Translations under genes and position numbers: made by a program
NCBI GenBank assembly: GCA_009103225.1
Contig: RHPI01001037.1
Location: forward strand, 729,537 to 793,536
Direction: 5' to 3'
Length of the DNA: 64,000 nt
From: Chlorokybus atmophyticus
Lineage: Eukaryota; Plantae; Mesostigma and Chlorokybus algae
The notes under the pieces: model-generated
What the model saw: the letters and a program-made list of their open reading frames with translations, nothing else
Told to the model about the DNA's origin: nothing
Databases searched by the model: none
In this document: positions 50,191-62,177 of the stretch, in pieces
Layout of the letters: every line of letters starts with the position of its first letter
Position numbering within the stretch: the first letter of the stretch is position 1

Positions 50191-50856
50191 AATCAATGCA
50201 AGCGGCATGCTCGTGCATATCAAACACCCATGCAACTGTGGTAGTAGCGACATGTGCAATATTTGCTGGTGGGGTTGATGTGGCAACTTGTCCTGAATGA
50301 GTCGATCAGTTGGCAGTCTGGTGTTGGATTGACGGAAAAGATGCAACAATCAAATGCGCGTGGCAGGGTTTATCTTTTCTTGTTCATATACAGCATTGTA
50401 CAAAATAAAACAGTAGCGTTGTGTTGCACAGCAAATGTCAAACACAGACACACATGGTAGGTATGGTCATGGACTGTTTGCCACATGTTCTCATTGAAAA
50501 TTTAATGCTTTGTGAGGAGGTAGCTTGCATACCAAGTGCAAGCCAGCTTCAAGGTCGGTACTGAAACTGGGACAAGACCATGCATGCATGCAAAGTGCTG
50601 CAATACTTTTACAAGCAACTCAGGAAGAGGGCGGGCAACTGAGAGAATGCCTTCAATCACACAGTGAGCTCTCAACAGCTAAACAGCCAAATTGCCTCCT
50701 CGAGGTGCCTCCTCGAGGTGTCCGCATTCTTCTTGTACATATTGAACTTCAAATGATATGATTACACTCATCCACGAAAGCCACCCTCCCCTCTGCAGTC
50801 ATTTAACCACTAACCCTAACATGCTACACCAACCTGCGCAACTGCTACTGCTACCA

Positions 50857-51908
50857 TTATTCAAACTTGTAGTGCTTGTCGACAGCTTCCCTGACGTCCC
50901 ATGTGCAGGACAGGTCCTTGGGGAAGACGGCGAGGTCGCCCGCACGCACACGCACGGCCTCCTTGGCCCCGTCCGGCCTCACATACACGTCGCCCTGCAG
51001 CAGATAGCACGTCTCTGTCGCCGAGTAAGTCCAGGGGAAGACACTCGCCTGCATGCACAGGCAGGTCAGAAAACGAGAAGCACTCCTTTACATCAGCCAC
51101 AATGCAAGGCGTACTTGTGGTCAACAACAGACCGCTTAGACACGCACCCGCTGAGACTACATTAGCGGCTGGCTGACATGCCATTCAATCTCTTCCTCAA
51201 CAGATAACGATGTGTGTATGTGTGTGGTGGTGGTGGTGGTGGTGTGTGTGGGTGTGTGGTGTGGGTGGGGGNNNNNNNNNNNNNNNNNNNNNNNNNNNNN
51301 NNNNNNNNNNNNNNNNNNNNNNNNNNNNNNNNNNNNNNNNNNNNNNNNNNNNNNNNNNNNNNNNNNNNNNNNNNNNNNNNNNNNNNNNNNNNNNCCCCGT
51401 CGCCGCCGGGCCGGGGCATGCACGTCTGTGTGCCATGCCATGCAACACACGCATCTCATAACCGTATGGGATGCATTGCCATACAATTGATGCGAACGAG
51501 AAGCAAAAAGCAGAGTGTACTGTCAGAGTTTACCTCGCAGCCCCACTTGGGCCAGGAGCGCACGCCCATCTCTGCCAGCTTGCTCTCGGAGGGGTTGCTC
51601 TCCACCTGCCACAACAAGCAAGGGAATGCGCTCGCTGCACGTGTGCAATGCAAGTTGATGGGGAAAGCAAATCCTGCCATCTATTCAAGATTCAAGCTCC
51701 AACACTAGCGTGCACATGCAGCACGTCGCACACACACCTTGATGCCGTGGGCAGTCTCCGTCATGGCGGCGCGGATGGTTGTGCGGCGAGATTGAAGCTG
51801 CAGGGGTGGACCAGACCAACGGCCACGGCTGGTCAGATGGACCAGCGGCGAAGGCGCAGCCACCGCTGGCCTGCTCGGAAGCAACGCTACCGCCGCTGCT
51901 GCCGCCAT
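50857..51908 (-). CDS. RmlC-like cupin (DUF861/cupin_3) with predicted transit peptide, multi-exon
   Basis: MAAAAVALL... Ala/Ser/Arg-rich leader; VESNPSESKLAEMGVRSWPKWGC; FPWTYSATETCYLLQGDV...AGDLAVFPKDLSCTWDVREAVDKHYKFE*. Confidence 0.92.
51272..51394. other. Assembly gap (123 N) inside a cupin intron, next to a GT/GGT microsatellite
   Basis: Run of N preceded by (GT)/(GGT) repeats at ~51210-51271. Confidence 0.99.
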
Positions 51909-52199
51909 GTGACTCGCCGCTGTAACCTCCACCAGAATGCGTTGCAATACGCCGTGTTGTGGTGCAAGTGTTTGCGGTGTGCGCTTGACCTTGAGTTGTG
52001 TCTTCCTGCGACGTACATGCGTGCTTACAAACTCGGATGGAGGCTGAAAGGTAATTATTGCAAGTATTAGATCAATTAATCGATGAAATTCTGTATCATT
52101 ATGGTATAATGAAACAGGATATTGGAACATATTGGTACCAATATGTTCCGGCGCTCATATTCTTAACCGTAATCAAAATCATTATGCTGTTATTGGTTC

Positions 52200-52700
52200 A
52201 ACCGTATCACTATCACTATCACTACAACTAGCATTGTATCGCATCACGTTATCACTACCTTTACCATTAGTATTACTATTACTATAATTACCACTATTAC
52301 TACAATTAAAACATTACCACAATAGGTTATCACTACCCTTGTTACTAGTGTAATCAAGATGACTATTGTTGTCCTTATCACTACCGCTATTAATTTCTCT
52401 GCAATTGTTTCATTATTACTAACATTACAATCAAACTACATTACAATAGGTTATCATTACCCTTATCACTATCAGCACAACCGTCATCAGTACTATCCCT
52501 GTCTTGAGCCCATTCCCTATTATTACCATCATTATACGCTACCACCACCACTATCCCTTCAACTGTCACTCGCCCTATCACTACCATTACGATCACTACA
52601 TCCATCACTATCATCATCACTACCACTACAACTAGTTCTATTACTGTCCCATATCTTGAGCCCTATCCCTATTACTATCACTATCGTTAACACCAACCGA
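52200..52700. repeat. Degenerate triplet low-complexity tract (ACT/ATT/ATC/ACC)
   Basis: TATCACTATCACTAC/ATTACTATTACT-type repeats; G nearly absent on the + strand. Confidence 0.8.
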
Positions 52701-54013
52701 CTAGTAGGGTACCACGCGAAAAAACATGACGCACATGCACCAAACGCCGACTGCCGCGGTAGGGCAACCTCTTGGACTTGCCCGGTTGCACGCAATGCAT
52801 CGACATAGACGACGTTGACTAGAAAAGCGAAATAAATGAGACGCCGACAAAGTTGAATACCTGTTAACATTGACAGTCTAACGAGAACAGTAATCGCACA
52901 TGTGATCAGATCATCAAACCATGATTATCAAGGCTATTGGAGAATTAGAGGATTAACGGGAATAGAGCGAGAAGTGAAGGCCCTTGACAAAGACAACAAA
53001 TAAGTTATGTTATAGCCGAAAGATATTGTTATGCTACGTGCATGCATTACCCACGATTATCTCGTGCAGCAGGTTGTGCATCGCAAATTGTGATGCAAAT
53101 CGCGTCCGCTATGGTCTCAATAACACCATGTGAAATTGTATTATGATTCAGATCACAATAACGCTTGCAATCATGTCTGTCAACATTCAATGAACAATAA
53201 AAACTGTTAATCATTGCTTCGAAACGACACACATGTTTCATGTTGTGTACGACAACGTGTTGCCATTGAGCATGCATAAATACATGGCAAACCCCTTCTT
53301 ATTATGACGTATCATTCGTTAGGGTAGGCATTACATGAAGAGAAAAAGCCAGTTTAGTTACAGTCGGTTGAGTGCTTGGCCCCTCGGATGTTACCCCATG
53401 CTGTGCCATGCTGTTTAGGCCCTTCCCTTCCAAAAAAAAGGCTCAACTCAAGTTAAAATCATTTCAGCCTGCAATGTAAATTTGGTGAGACTTGAACTTA
53501 AACTTGTTAAGCTGAAAACCTCGGACTTCCAACCTCTTCCCTCCTCAACAGCAAAGCGATACCAATTATGGTCCAGACTTATTGCACTACTACCTCAGAA
53601 AGTTGCGCGAAACGTCAAACAGAGTTCTTCGCATGAGTCGTCAATGCACCAACTTTTATAACCATCAATCACATGATCTGGTACGTCAGACTGCACCGGA
53701 TTGTCCAATACTGTATAGACAACCAAAGCATGAGCAAGCAGATTGCCGGCTGCCATTATCGCTGAGACACCAACTACTGCGTTAGCAAACACACCGCTCA
53801 CAAATACCTGGCCAGCTAGCTCAAACCACCTATCTATGCACCACTACCCTGCTGTAAACTGCATTGGTGAGCTTCGCAGACTGTTTCTTGGCGTGCAAAC
53901 CTCGGATGTCGTGATGCCATGGCACCCTTGTTGCCAGTGCCATGAGCAGGTAACAGGAGTTATTTTGTTGGTCTCTCCGATTCCCCGGTCATCTAAGACA
54001 CCGTTGCATCCAG

Positions 54014-55963
54014 TCACAGAGCACCTCTCGTACCGTGTTGTCTTTCGTAGTCACTGATGAGGACCTGACAGCGCAAAAGTTGATAACAGACCTCAGCGCA
54101 TAACATTACACAAGCAGAAGACCAATAGCCTGTAAGATATCCATGCAATTACTTACATCCAGCTTGGGCTGCACATCCTGCATGACCTTAGGGCTCATGC
54201 GATCAAAGAAGAGTACACCCTGCAAACACCACGCAGTTTGGAGATAATCCAACAACGAACACATGTGTGGCAAATGCGTCAAACAACGGCAAGAGGAGCC
54301 ACTCACATCCAAATGGTCGTATTCATGCTGGAAAATGCGCGCCGTAAAGTCCCTCAACTGCAGTGCAATTTTTCTGCCGTTCACGTCCTGAGCCTCCACC
54401 TTGATGCTAACAGACCTCTGCTCAACACGCACATACTTCTAACTTTAGTACACAAGATACCAACTTAGAGTATACAACCGTTCACAAGTGCTACTGACCT
54501 CCACGTCCGCGAAGATCTCTGGAAAGGACAAGCAACCTTCTTCATCCACATCAGTCTTCTTCGCTCGCTTCACTATGGTCGGGTTTACAAGGACAACCTC
54601 CTGACCCTTTCCTCGCTCTCCAGCAGGATTAAAGCACATCAGCCGCATGTTCACACCAACTTGTGGAGCAGCCAACCCCACACCGTCCGTCCTGCGCAGC
54701 AACATAGAGATGTCACACGATAACAATATCCTGAGACATAATAGACAAAACTATGCGCACGCACGCATGCAACATGTCACTGCACCTGTAGCAATTAAAC
54801 AAATTCTCTTCAACCGGCGCACCTATACATGACGTCAAACATCTCTTTGGTCAGCTGCACCAGGTTGTCGTCAAACACCCGGACCAGCTTGTTTTCCCGC
54901 CTGAGCACTGGATCGGGGTAGATGGCAATCTTCAAGGGTGATGTCCATTGCACTGACTCTGGAGCTGGAGCACCAACAAGATTGGTTGCGCAACATGCCT
55001 TGTTGTGGATAAGCAATATGTACTATTCATGCAACGCTTGTTGCAACGATGGCATATACGTGGGCACAATAGGCAGCAGGTTGCAACACAAATAACTCAT
55101 TACTATCTGGAAACACTATCATGAGGTACACAGCATTCTGCAACTATAATGGACCTCATGCTTTCCAACCAATAACACAGTGAAGCTAGCAACCAAGCTG
55201 GTGGCTTTGCTGACTGCGTCAAACCTGTTCAATTTCCCTTAGTTTGGCTATCTACCAAACTTGGCTTTACCCTACATTTGGTAGCTTGTTTCTGTGTCCT
55301 ATATAATGTTTGATGTTTACGCACAGCCCAGCACAATTATGCTGCAAACTGCTTGCTGAAAGCTTTTGCTGCCTTGGCGCGTTAGCGTAACCAGAAAGTC
55401 TGAAACCGAAAAACAATGTGTGTTGCAGCTGCTTGCGTCACACCACTAATCGCTAACTCTACACACTGTACACGACATGGCAGTTGCTGCGCGCACCATC
55501 ACTCGTTGAGTCGACAACGTATGAGCACAACCATGCAGAACCAAATTTGCCTAGTTTTGAATCTCGCTTCAGGTGGCATGTTGTAACATGCACCAATTTC
55601 ATTGCGTCGTAGATCTGTGTTGAATGTGTTTAAGACTACAAGGACGAGATGTGGAACCCCACTGCTCAACAGCTCACCTTCTGCAGCGTCAGCGGCCTCT
55701 TTCCGCAGCTCCTGCAGTTCCTGCATGAATCGCGAGGAGCGCATGAGTGTGAGGCTGCGGTAGCCTTGCGGATTCCTTGGAGCAATCCCCGTCGCCGCCG
55801 GGCCTCCCTGCCTGCTGCTGTTGTGCTGTGGCCATCGCAGGCCAACCTGCTGCTCGCTCCGCCTGGCTGACGACGAGACCAGCCTCCTCCCGCCCGCGCG
55901 CAGAACCCCTCCCACCACAGGCCCCACCGCTGTCAACGACGAGAGCGCCGCCACCGGCTGCAT
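54014..55963 (-). CDS. PDF1B: Peptide deformylase 1B (organellar), multi-exon
   Basis: Transit-peptide-like first exon; IYPDPVLR; motif 1 GVGLAAPQVG; motif 2 EGCLSFP; motif 3 ARIFQHEYDHLD; GVLFFDRM; last exon VLISDYERQHGTRGAL*. Confidence 0.96.
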
Positions 55964-57319
55964 GAGAGTGTGCTGCTCGCAGGCAAACACACTACTTGAC
56001 AGCCTGGGCCAGCCTCCGTGGGCCTAATCTGGCCTGGCCTGGCCTGGGCTTACCTAAGCGTAGCCCTCGCACAGGTTTTCCTGTTACGTCCCCAACACCT
56101 CGGTAGTCCTAAACCTTTGAGACACGCGGCGCAGCCTGCCGCTGACGCCGTCAATATCGAGGAGACACCCACCACCGCCGCCGCCGCTGCCGCCCCTACC
56201 CGGAAAGGTGGTGCAGACATGCCGACGTCGATGGATCCACCGACGTTACACGTCGACGTCGGCACAAAGCTTTCCACTGCTGCAACTTGCCCGCAAGCCT
56301 TGTACAAACAATGCGCAACGGAAATGCACATGCATAGAGGCATGCACAGTCAGCATGCACAGTGACATAGCGCATACCAACCACACTATGGTAAAGTAAC
56401 CACCGGGTTCATTCACTACCTGCAAGCATGTACATGCATATGCGTTCACCTGCCCACAGGGCCGATGCAGTCAGTTTTGTACAAAGCGGCAGTAGTGGTA
56501 ACGACAACAGACCGGCAGGATTCCTCCCTCTGCGCCCTCCTCTGTCTTCTCCACCACCACACCGCCCTTCCCCCTCCCTCTCCTCTGTCTCCCACCCTCT
56601 GCTGTTGTTGCGCCCCCTGGCGACGTAACCCTCGCGGCTCAGTGCCAACATCAGCACTGCAGTGCGCAGGGGTCTCTGGTTGCTGGCTGGTTAGGCCTAG
56701 GCGGTGGGGTTGGGTGGTGGGGTTGGGTTGCTTCATCCTCCGCACGGGCAGGCTGCTTTACCATGCAGTCTGCTCCCCGTGTTGCTGTTTCAGTGCAGTG
56801 GATTGCAGTGCAGCGGGTTGTCGTGTCGTGCTTGTGCCCAACATGGGCTACCAAGACTATACAGACATGCTTGGACCTCTAGTATACACCGAGCCAAAGG
56901 AGCATCACGATCATGCTGTTGGCATATGTATATTATCCGGCTGGCCTCATTGTTGCGAGCGAGCGTATTGCGTGTTTTTGCATGGGTGGCACAGTTTACG
57001 CCAAACCGCTATGTTGCGAATAGTCAAGGCACAAATATACAAACGCTCTCGCTGGAGTCAGTTGACTCCTCACCTTGGGCCATGGTAATGCTGTCGCGCA
57101 ACAGATTCGACTGCCTGTGTCCGGTTCTAGTTTTTTTTGCAATTGTTTGCCACTTTGCAACAGCATCATGACCACTCACACAGCCATGTAGGCCCGTACT
57201 CACATGTGAGACTAACTCAACAGCACGTCAACAGCAATGCGGCAACAATGACCACTTCATTTCCAGCACACACAACATAGTAATACAGGCAAAACATCAC
57301 ATGCGACCAACCTGTCGAG

Positions 57320-60300
57320 CTACACCATGGCTACGACAAGAGCAACACATGCCATCAGCACATGTACTGGACTGAACACAAAGCCAGCAGCAGCGGCATT
57401 GGGGCGCAGAGGTAGTGCCAGAGGCTGGGTGCACTCGTCGCCATTGAACACAACATTGACGGGGTTCTGCGCCTTTTGACCTTTTGGCAATGCCACGTAC
57501 ATGCTGAACGAAGCAGAACCTCCACCAGGGATGATACCAATCCCCGCACCGGCGTAGCTGTTCGCATAGAATACGAACGCATTGCCTGGCGTGGTCAGCA
57601 GTGTCAACCAATGCGTAAACGTGTGCACACGTGCTGCAGTAACGTACCGACATCACGTTGAGTGTTGATGCCTGAGCTGTTGATAAACGTCTCTTGCGCA
57701 GCAAACTCCCAGGCCAGCAGCCAGTGAGATATCTGAGACACCTGCTGGTTGTGGATGGTGATCTGCGCTTGGTACAATGTGTCCCACTCTTTCAACACGT
57801 GGAATTCAATCCGTGTCAAACAGCCACGAGCCACCTGCAGTTACACCACCATGTTCATGTTCTGCATGTTATCACATGCACAAGCCATGGTCTCAGACAG
57901 TGTGCATGCCAAAATATGTTGCATTGTTGCAATTGATGCCCACATCTTCTGGCTCAGCTGCGGCAATGGCTCCAAAGCCAGTTGCAATGCCACTTGCTGC
58001 AGTTGGAGCCGCGTTTCCATTTGAGTCCACGCATGCAGCTTGGCCACATGGACACAGTGCGCACTTTCCTGATCCTTGCGCATAGTATGCTGCACCTGCG
58101 ATTTCAGTGCTGCAAGAGCCTCATTACACCACACACAAGCCGTGTGAACGTGGCTGTTGATGACTACCATACCGGATGCAGCTACGCAGCAGGTGGGGAT
58201 GATGGAATACTGCGCCGTGGATTGGCAGCATTGCGAGTATGACCCTGCAGAATGCAACACACTTATATCAACACAACCGCTGTACAGCTCATCACTGCTG
58301 ACAAGCTTTGGGGTGAAGGGGTTCTACCATATTGCGCTGCACTGCGTCAAGCGCCAAATCTATGCATGCATGCATCATGATAACACACCCGTAGCTTGTG
58401 TCCAGTTGAGGGTGGGACCGTTTGAATCCCACACTCGAAACAGACGAGGAGGGTCAACCTGCTGGGGAGCAGTGCACACAATTTCTGGCATGGAAACACG
58501 CAAGTCTTGCATTGGGAGTGCGGTGCCCAGACGTCCCCATGCCACCGACGGAAGCCCCTGCCACAGAGCGAGATGCCAATGATGCCACCAGCTTTGAGAC
58601 AGTAGCGACAATGTTAGACAACAGTAAGCTCACCACAGTGGCGCCAAATGCAGAAGTGCCATCATCGCCGGTTGTCTGCGGGCTGATGTACCCATTGCGC
58701 CTGCTCACAGATTCATGCTTTGACTCAACAAGACATGTGCGCAAAAGTTTTACACTGTACTGCGGAGTCGAGCTGTGAGAATGCACTCACAGGGTGTTGT
58801 CTCGAAGGATTGGATTGGTGCTGCAGCTGTCCGCAATGTTGAGGTTGCTGTAGTCTGCTGCTGCTGGTGCGAGGCTGCAGTTGCCTACAATATGCATATG
58901 CTGGTGTGCAAAGCTTCAGCAGTGTTTCAACAAAACAGGTAAAGTATGGCCAGACACCAAATCATACCTTTTGTTGTGGATGCATCAAAGGCATTCCAGA
59001 CCGACCACATGAACCTGGTTGTTGGAATCAACTATAACCCCTTGCATGCAGGCGCATGCGCGTACACGCACACATCACATTGACAAACGAGAAGGTCATT
59101 GAGTGAATGCACATTCTGTCATTAGCGGCAAACACTCACTCTCCATCAGGCCAATGCCACGAGACCTCCCATGGGTCAAGGCCACGATATCGTTGCTGGT
59201 TTTGCAGCAGGAACTGCACGTTGAAGCCGGACAAGTACGCACTGGTAATGTCAATATCCAACCGTACGTCGCATGTGTCGTTGAATGCTGCAACATTATT
59301 GGGCTGAGTGCAGAGCAGTTGTAACAATGGAGGGCGTGAGAAAAAGAGCGTGGTTAACTGCCGCATAGCCCATATGAAAGCTACAAGTACCTGAAGTGCT
59401 GTTAACATCAGGAAACTGCAGTTCAACCTCCTGGCAACAGATAGCAAGAGAGTCGTCTGCATGGCGGGGTTGAAGTTATAAGGAGTGCGCGCATGTGTGC
59501 GTGTGCGTGTGCGTGCGCGCATGGATGCCTGTGGCAGAGCTTGCAACTGCAACCATACTGCATGCATGACGGCTGCTTGCAACAAACCTGTTGTGACAGT
59601 CATGCCAGTGCCTTTTAATGCTGGGCACTGCCACCGCACTTCAAAATCATCACATGTCTGTGACTGCAACCCAGATGCACGGACCACATGTTTGTCAGCT
59701 AAGGTTGGCATCATCAGCGCAGTACTATGGGTAGCACCTGCAGGCTGTTGAGACATACACCTCCGCGGTCAAGTGAGCACTTGTATGTTGCGTTGAAGAC
59801 AGTTTCAGTATATGGTTGTTTGTCTCTGCTCACCAACAAGAGAAGCTTAGGTGAAGCATTAGTGGTCAGCACGCCAAGCCAAGTCAATCGCCAACACTGG
59901 CCATCATAGCAAAAGGAATCACGCCTTGATGCTTTGACAACAACATAACTCCAATGTGCAACGTGTGGCGTAACAGCACATGCAAGACGTGTAGCTCACG
60001 CAATTCGGCGACACTGGATGTCAACAGGAGCGTTTTGGCCACAAGGCGGGCTTTGAAGTGCAGTCAGTAGCTCAAGGTCTCCCACCGCATCAGGTTTGTC
60101 ATTCGACTGCCATACTGTCCATCCATCATCTGCATGCAAGAAGGCTCAGTGTCTTGTGCGCGGGCCCAAACCTACGTGCTTCTTGTAAAGTTAGAGTCAG
60201 TCAAGAAGACATACTTGGCAGTGCTTGTGTTCGTCCTGGACACAGCACACCAGGACCATCCATGGTAAGGCTCGTGGGCATGGCGGTGCTTGAATTGTCT

Positions 60301-62177
60301 AGAGGAGACATAGTCCCTTGCAACGCAACGAACACCTGTACATGAGCAAGTACGACTTAGTCGAAGGCACACACACACACAACAACTCATGTATTGTCCG
60401 AAGGGTCCGGGTGCATCACTCGCAACACCGCTATCAAGCACAAGGTCATGTGTAGGTAAACAACTACATCCACAAGTACGCTATCATCAACTGCTAGTGT
60501 GCAACTACAACTCCAGGCACAGCCAATGAACACAATAAACGCAAGCAGCGGTATGCTTACGGACATTGACATTGTGCGGTGGTAATGCCTCTGACACTGT
60601 GTCCAGGGTACATTACCTGATACTTGGACTGATCGCCGACGGCATCGATGTAGGTTTTGATGCCCCCAGAATACAGTGGTGTTATCTGCACTTGAGGAAC
60701 TGTTAAACACCAGTTGTATGTCAGCACAAGACGTGATGCACTGGGCTACTTGGACTTTTCTAGCAGTTGCACCTTTTGTTGGTGGCTGCGGTGTCAAGGC
60801 GCCATTCGACACCGTATCTACACTCTCGTTGGCTTGAAACCGCATATACACCTAATGCAAAGGGAGGTTGTTGTACAGGAAGTAAACAACACAGCAAAGT
60901 GGATTGCAATTTTGCAGAAGAGAACGGTCCCATTGTTTTTGTCACATACCTGCCAGTCAGTCAGCGTGCGATTACCGGTATTTGTCAGTATGACTGCGGA
61001 GTCGAAGGTACATGGCGACCCTGCGAATGCGGCGATGTTGCAAGGGTAGTAGCCGCCTTCTACAACAACCTGTGCAAAACCCAAATTGTTGTTTGCGAAA
61101 TTGCTGTTCATGCTCAGTTCTTCGCCAACAGTGGTGAGTACCTGTTGTTTGTGGAACTGGTACTGCACAGCCACACCGTTGCAGCTGAAGTTGCCAAGGT
61201 ACTGGTAGACGTTGGAAGACAAGATTGATGCTGCAAGGATTTTTGTGCAATCAGCAACAGTGTTTGCAACCTTAGGCCGACCGACTGTAGACGATGTTCA
61301 CACAACACTTTCTACAATGCAATGCTCAATGCCGACAGCATGCATGGACAACTGACAGTAAGCCATGCAGATGTGGCCAAGATTGCAGGATGTGGTTGCT
61401 GCATACTTCCATGCAAGCACGATCATAGCCCAGCTACACTTACGAGTGCTGTCCTGGTTGCCGTTGCATTCATAGCGAACCTCAAAGTCATCACACACTG
61501 ATGGCTGCCTTGCATTGAAGCACTCGCCACCTTTCTGCACGACAAGACGACAAACACGGCACCATTGACGTTGCAACTCTTACAAGGTTCTGACTCTCCA
61601 TATGGCATATCGCTATTAACGCTCACCGTGTAGTCGCATACGTAGCTGTCCTTAAACTGAGTTTCGTTCCAATTCGTTTGATCGGATATCCTCCGGCACT
61701 GGATGCCAATTGGTTTCTCTCCATCGCAAACCTGCAACAGTGGTTGTAAGTTGGCTGTACCGAGCAACCTGCAACGCCGACTGATTACACCCACATTGGG
61801 TTGCCCTATCTCAAGCTCCAGGTCTCCAATACCAGCTGGTGTGTCTTGGCTCATCCATGGTGTCCAATACGTGTTGGAAGCAGTACACCCTATTTCAAAC
61901 ACATGGCAGCAAATGACGCAACAACAGCAATCGTCAACACCGCCATAGTTGAAGGGCATCATGCAACCATGAACTTCGTTGCAAGTACGCATCAAGCATG
62001 CGTGCCTGCAATTATGCCACAAAGCATGCGACACTTGTTTGTTTGAGTTGAGGCTGGAAATAGTGGTTCAGTATTTGACATATATGTAGTGCAAACGAAA
62101 CCTGCTGACTGCGCTGGCGAACTTGGCAACACAAAGCAGATAAGCAGTATGACGGCTAAAGTAAGCAGCTCCATCAT
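57320..62177 (-). CDS. COBRA-like (COBL7-11 type) secreted GPI-anchored protein containing two WxxW domains, multi-exon
   Basis: Signal peptide MMELLTLAVILLICFVLPSS; WxxW-1; SCNGVAVQY...TFDSAVILTNTGNRTLTDWQV...FQANE (COBL7-type CBM-like); WxxW-2; QNQQRYRGLDPWEVSWHWPDGE; PEIVCTAPQQVDP; PTCCVAAS; PVNVVFNGDECTQP..LP and hydrophobic tail VLMACVALVVAMV*. Confidence 0.85.

Noticed and set aside
51157-51708. ORFs containing X runs
   Set aside because: Artefacts of reading through the N gap and microsatellite.
53595-53801. Short protein-like minus-strand ORF
   Set aside because: No ATG or motif; lies in the probable 3' UTR of PDF1B.
56018-57171. Several plus-strand ORFs between PDF1B and the COBRA-like gene
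   Set aside because: Non-ATG starts or no domain; consistent with promoter and 3' UTR sequence, though a small gene cannot be excluded.
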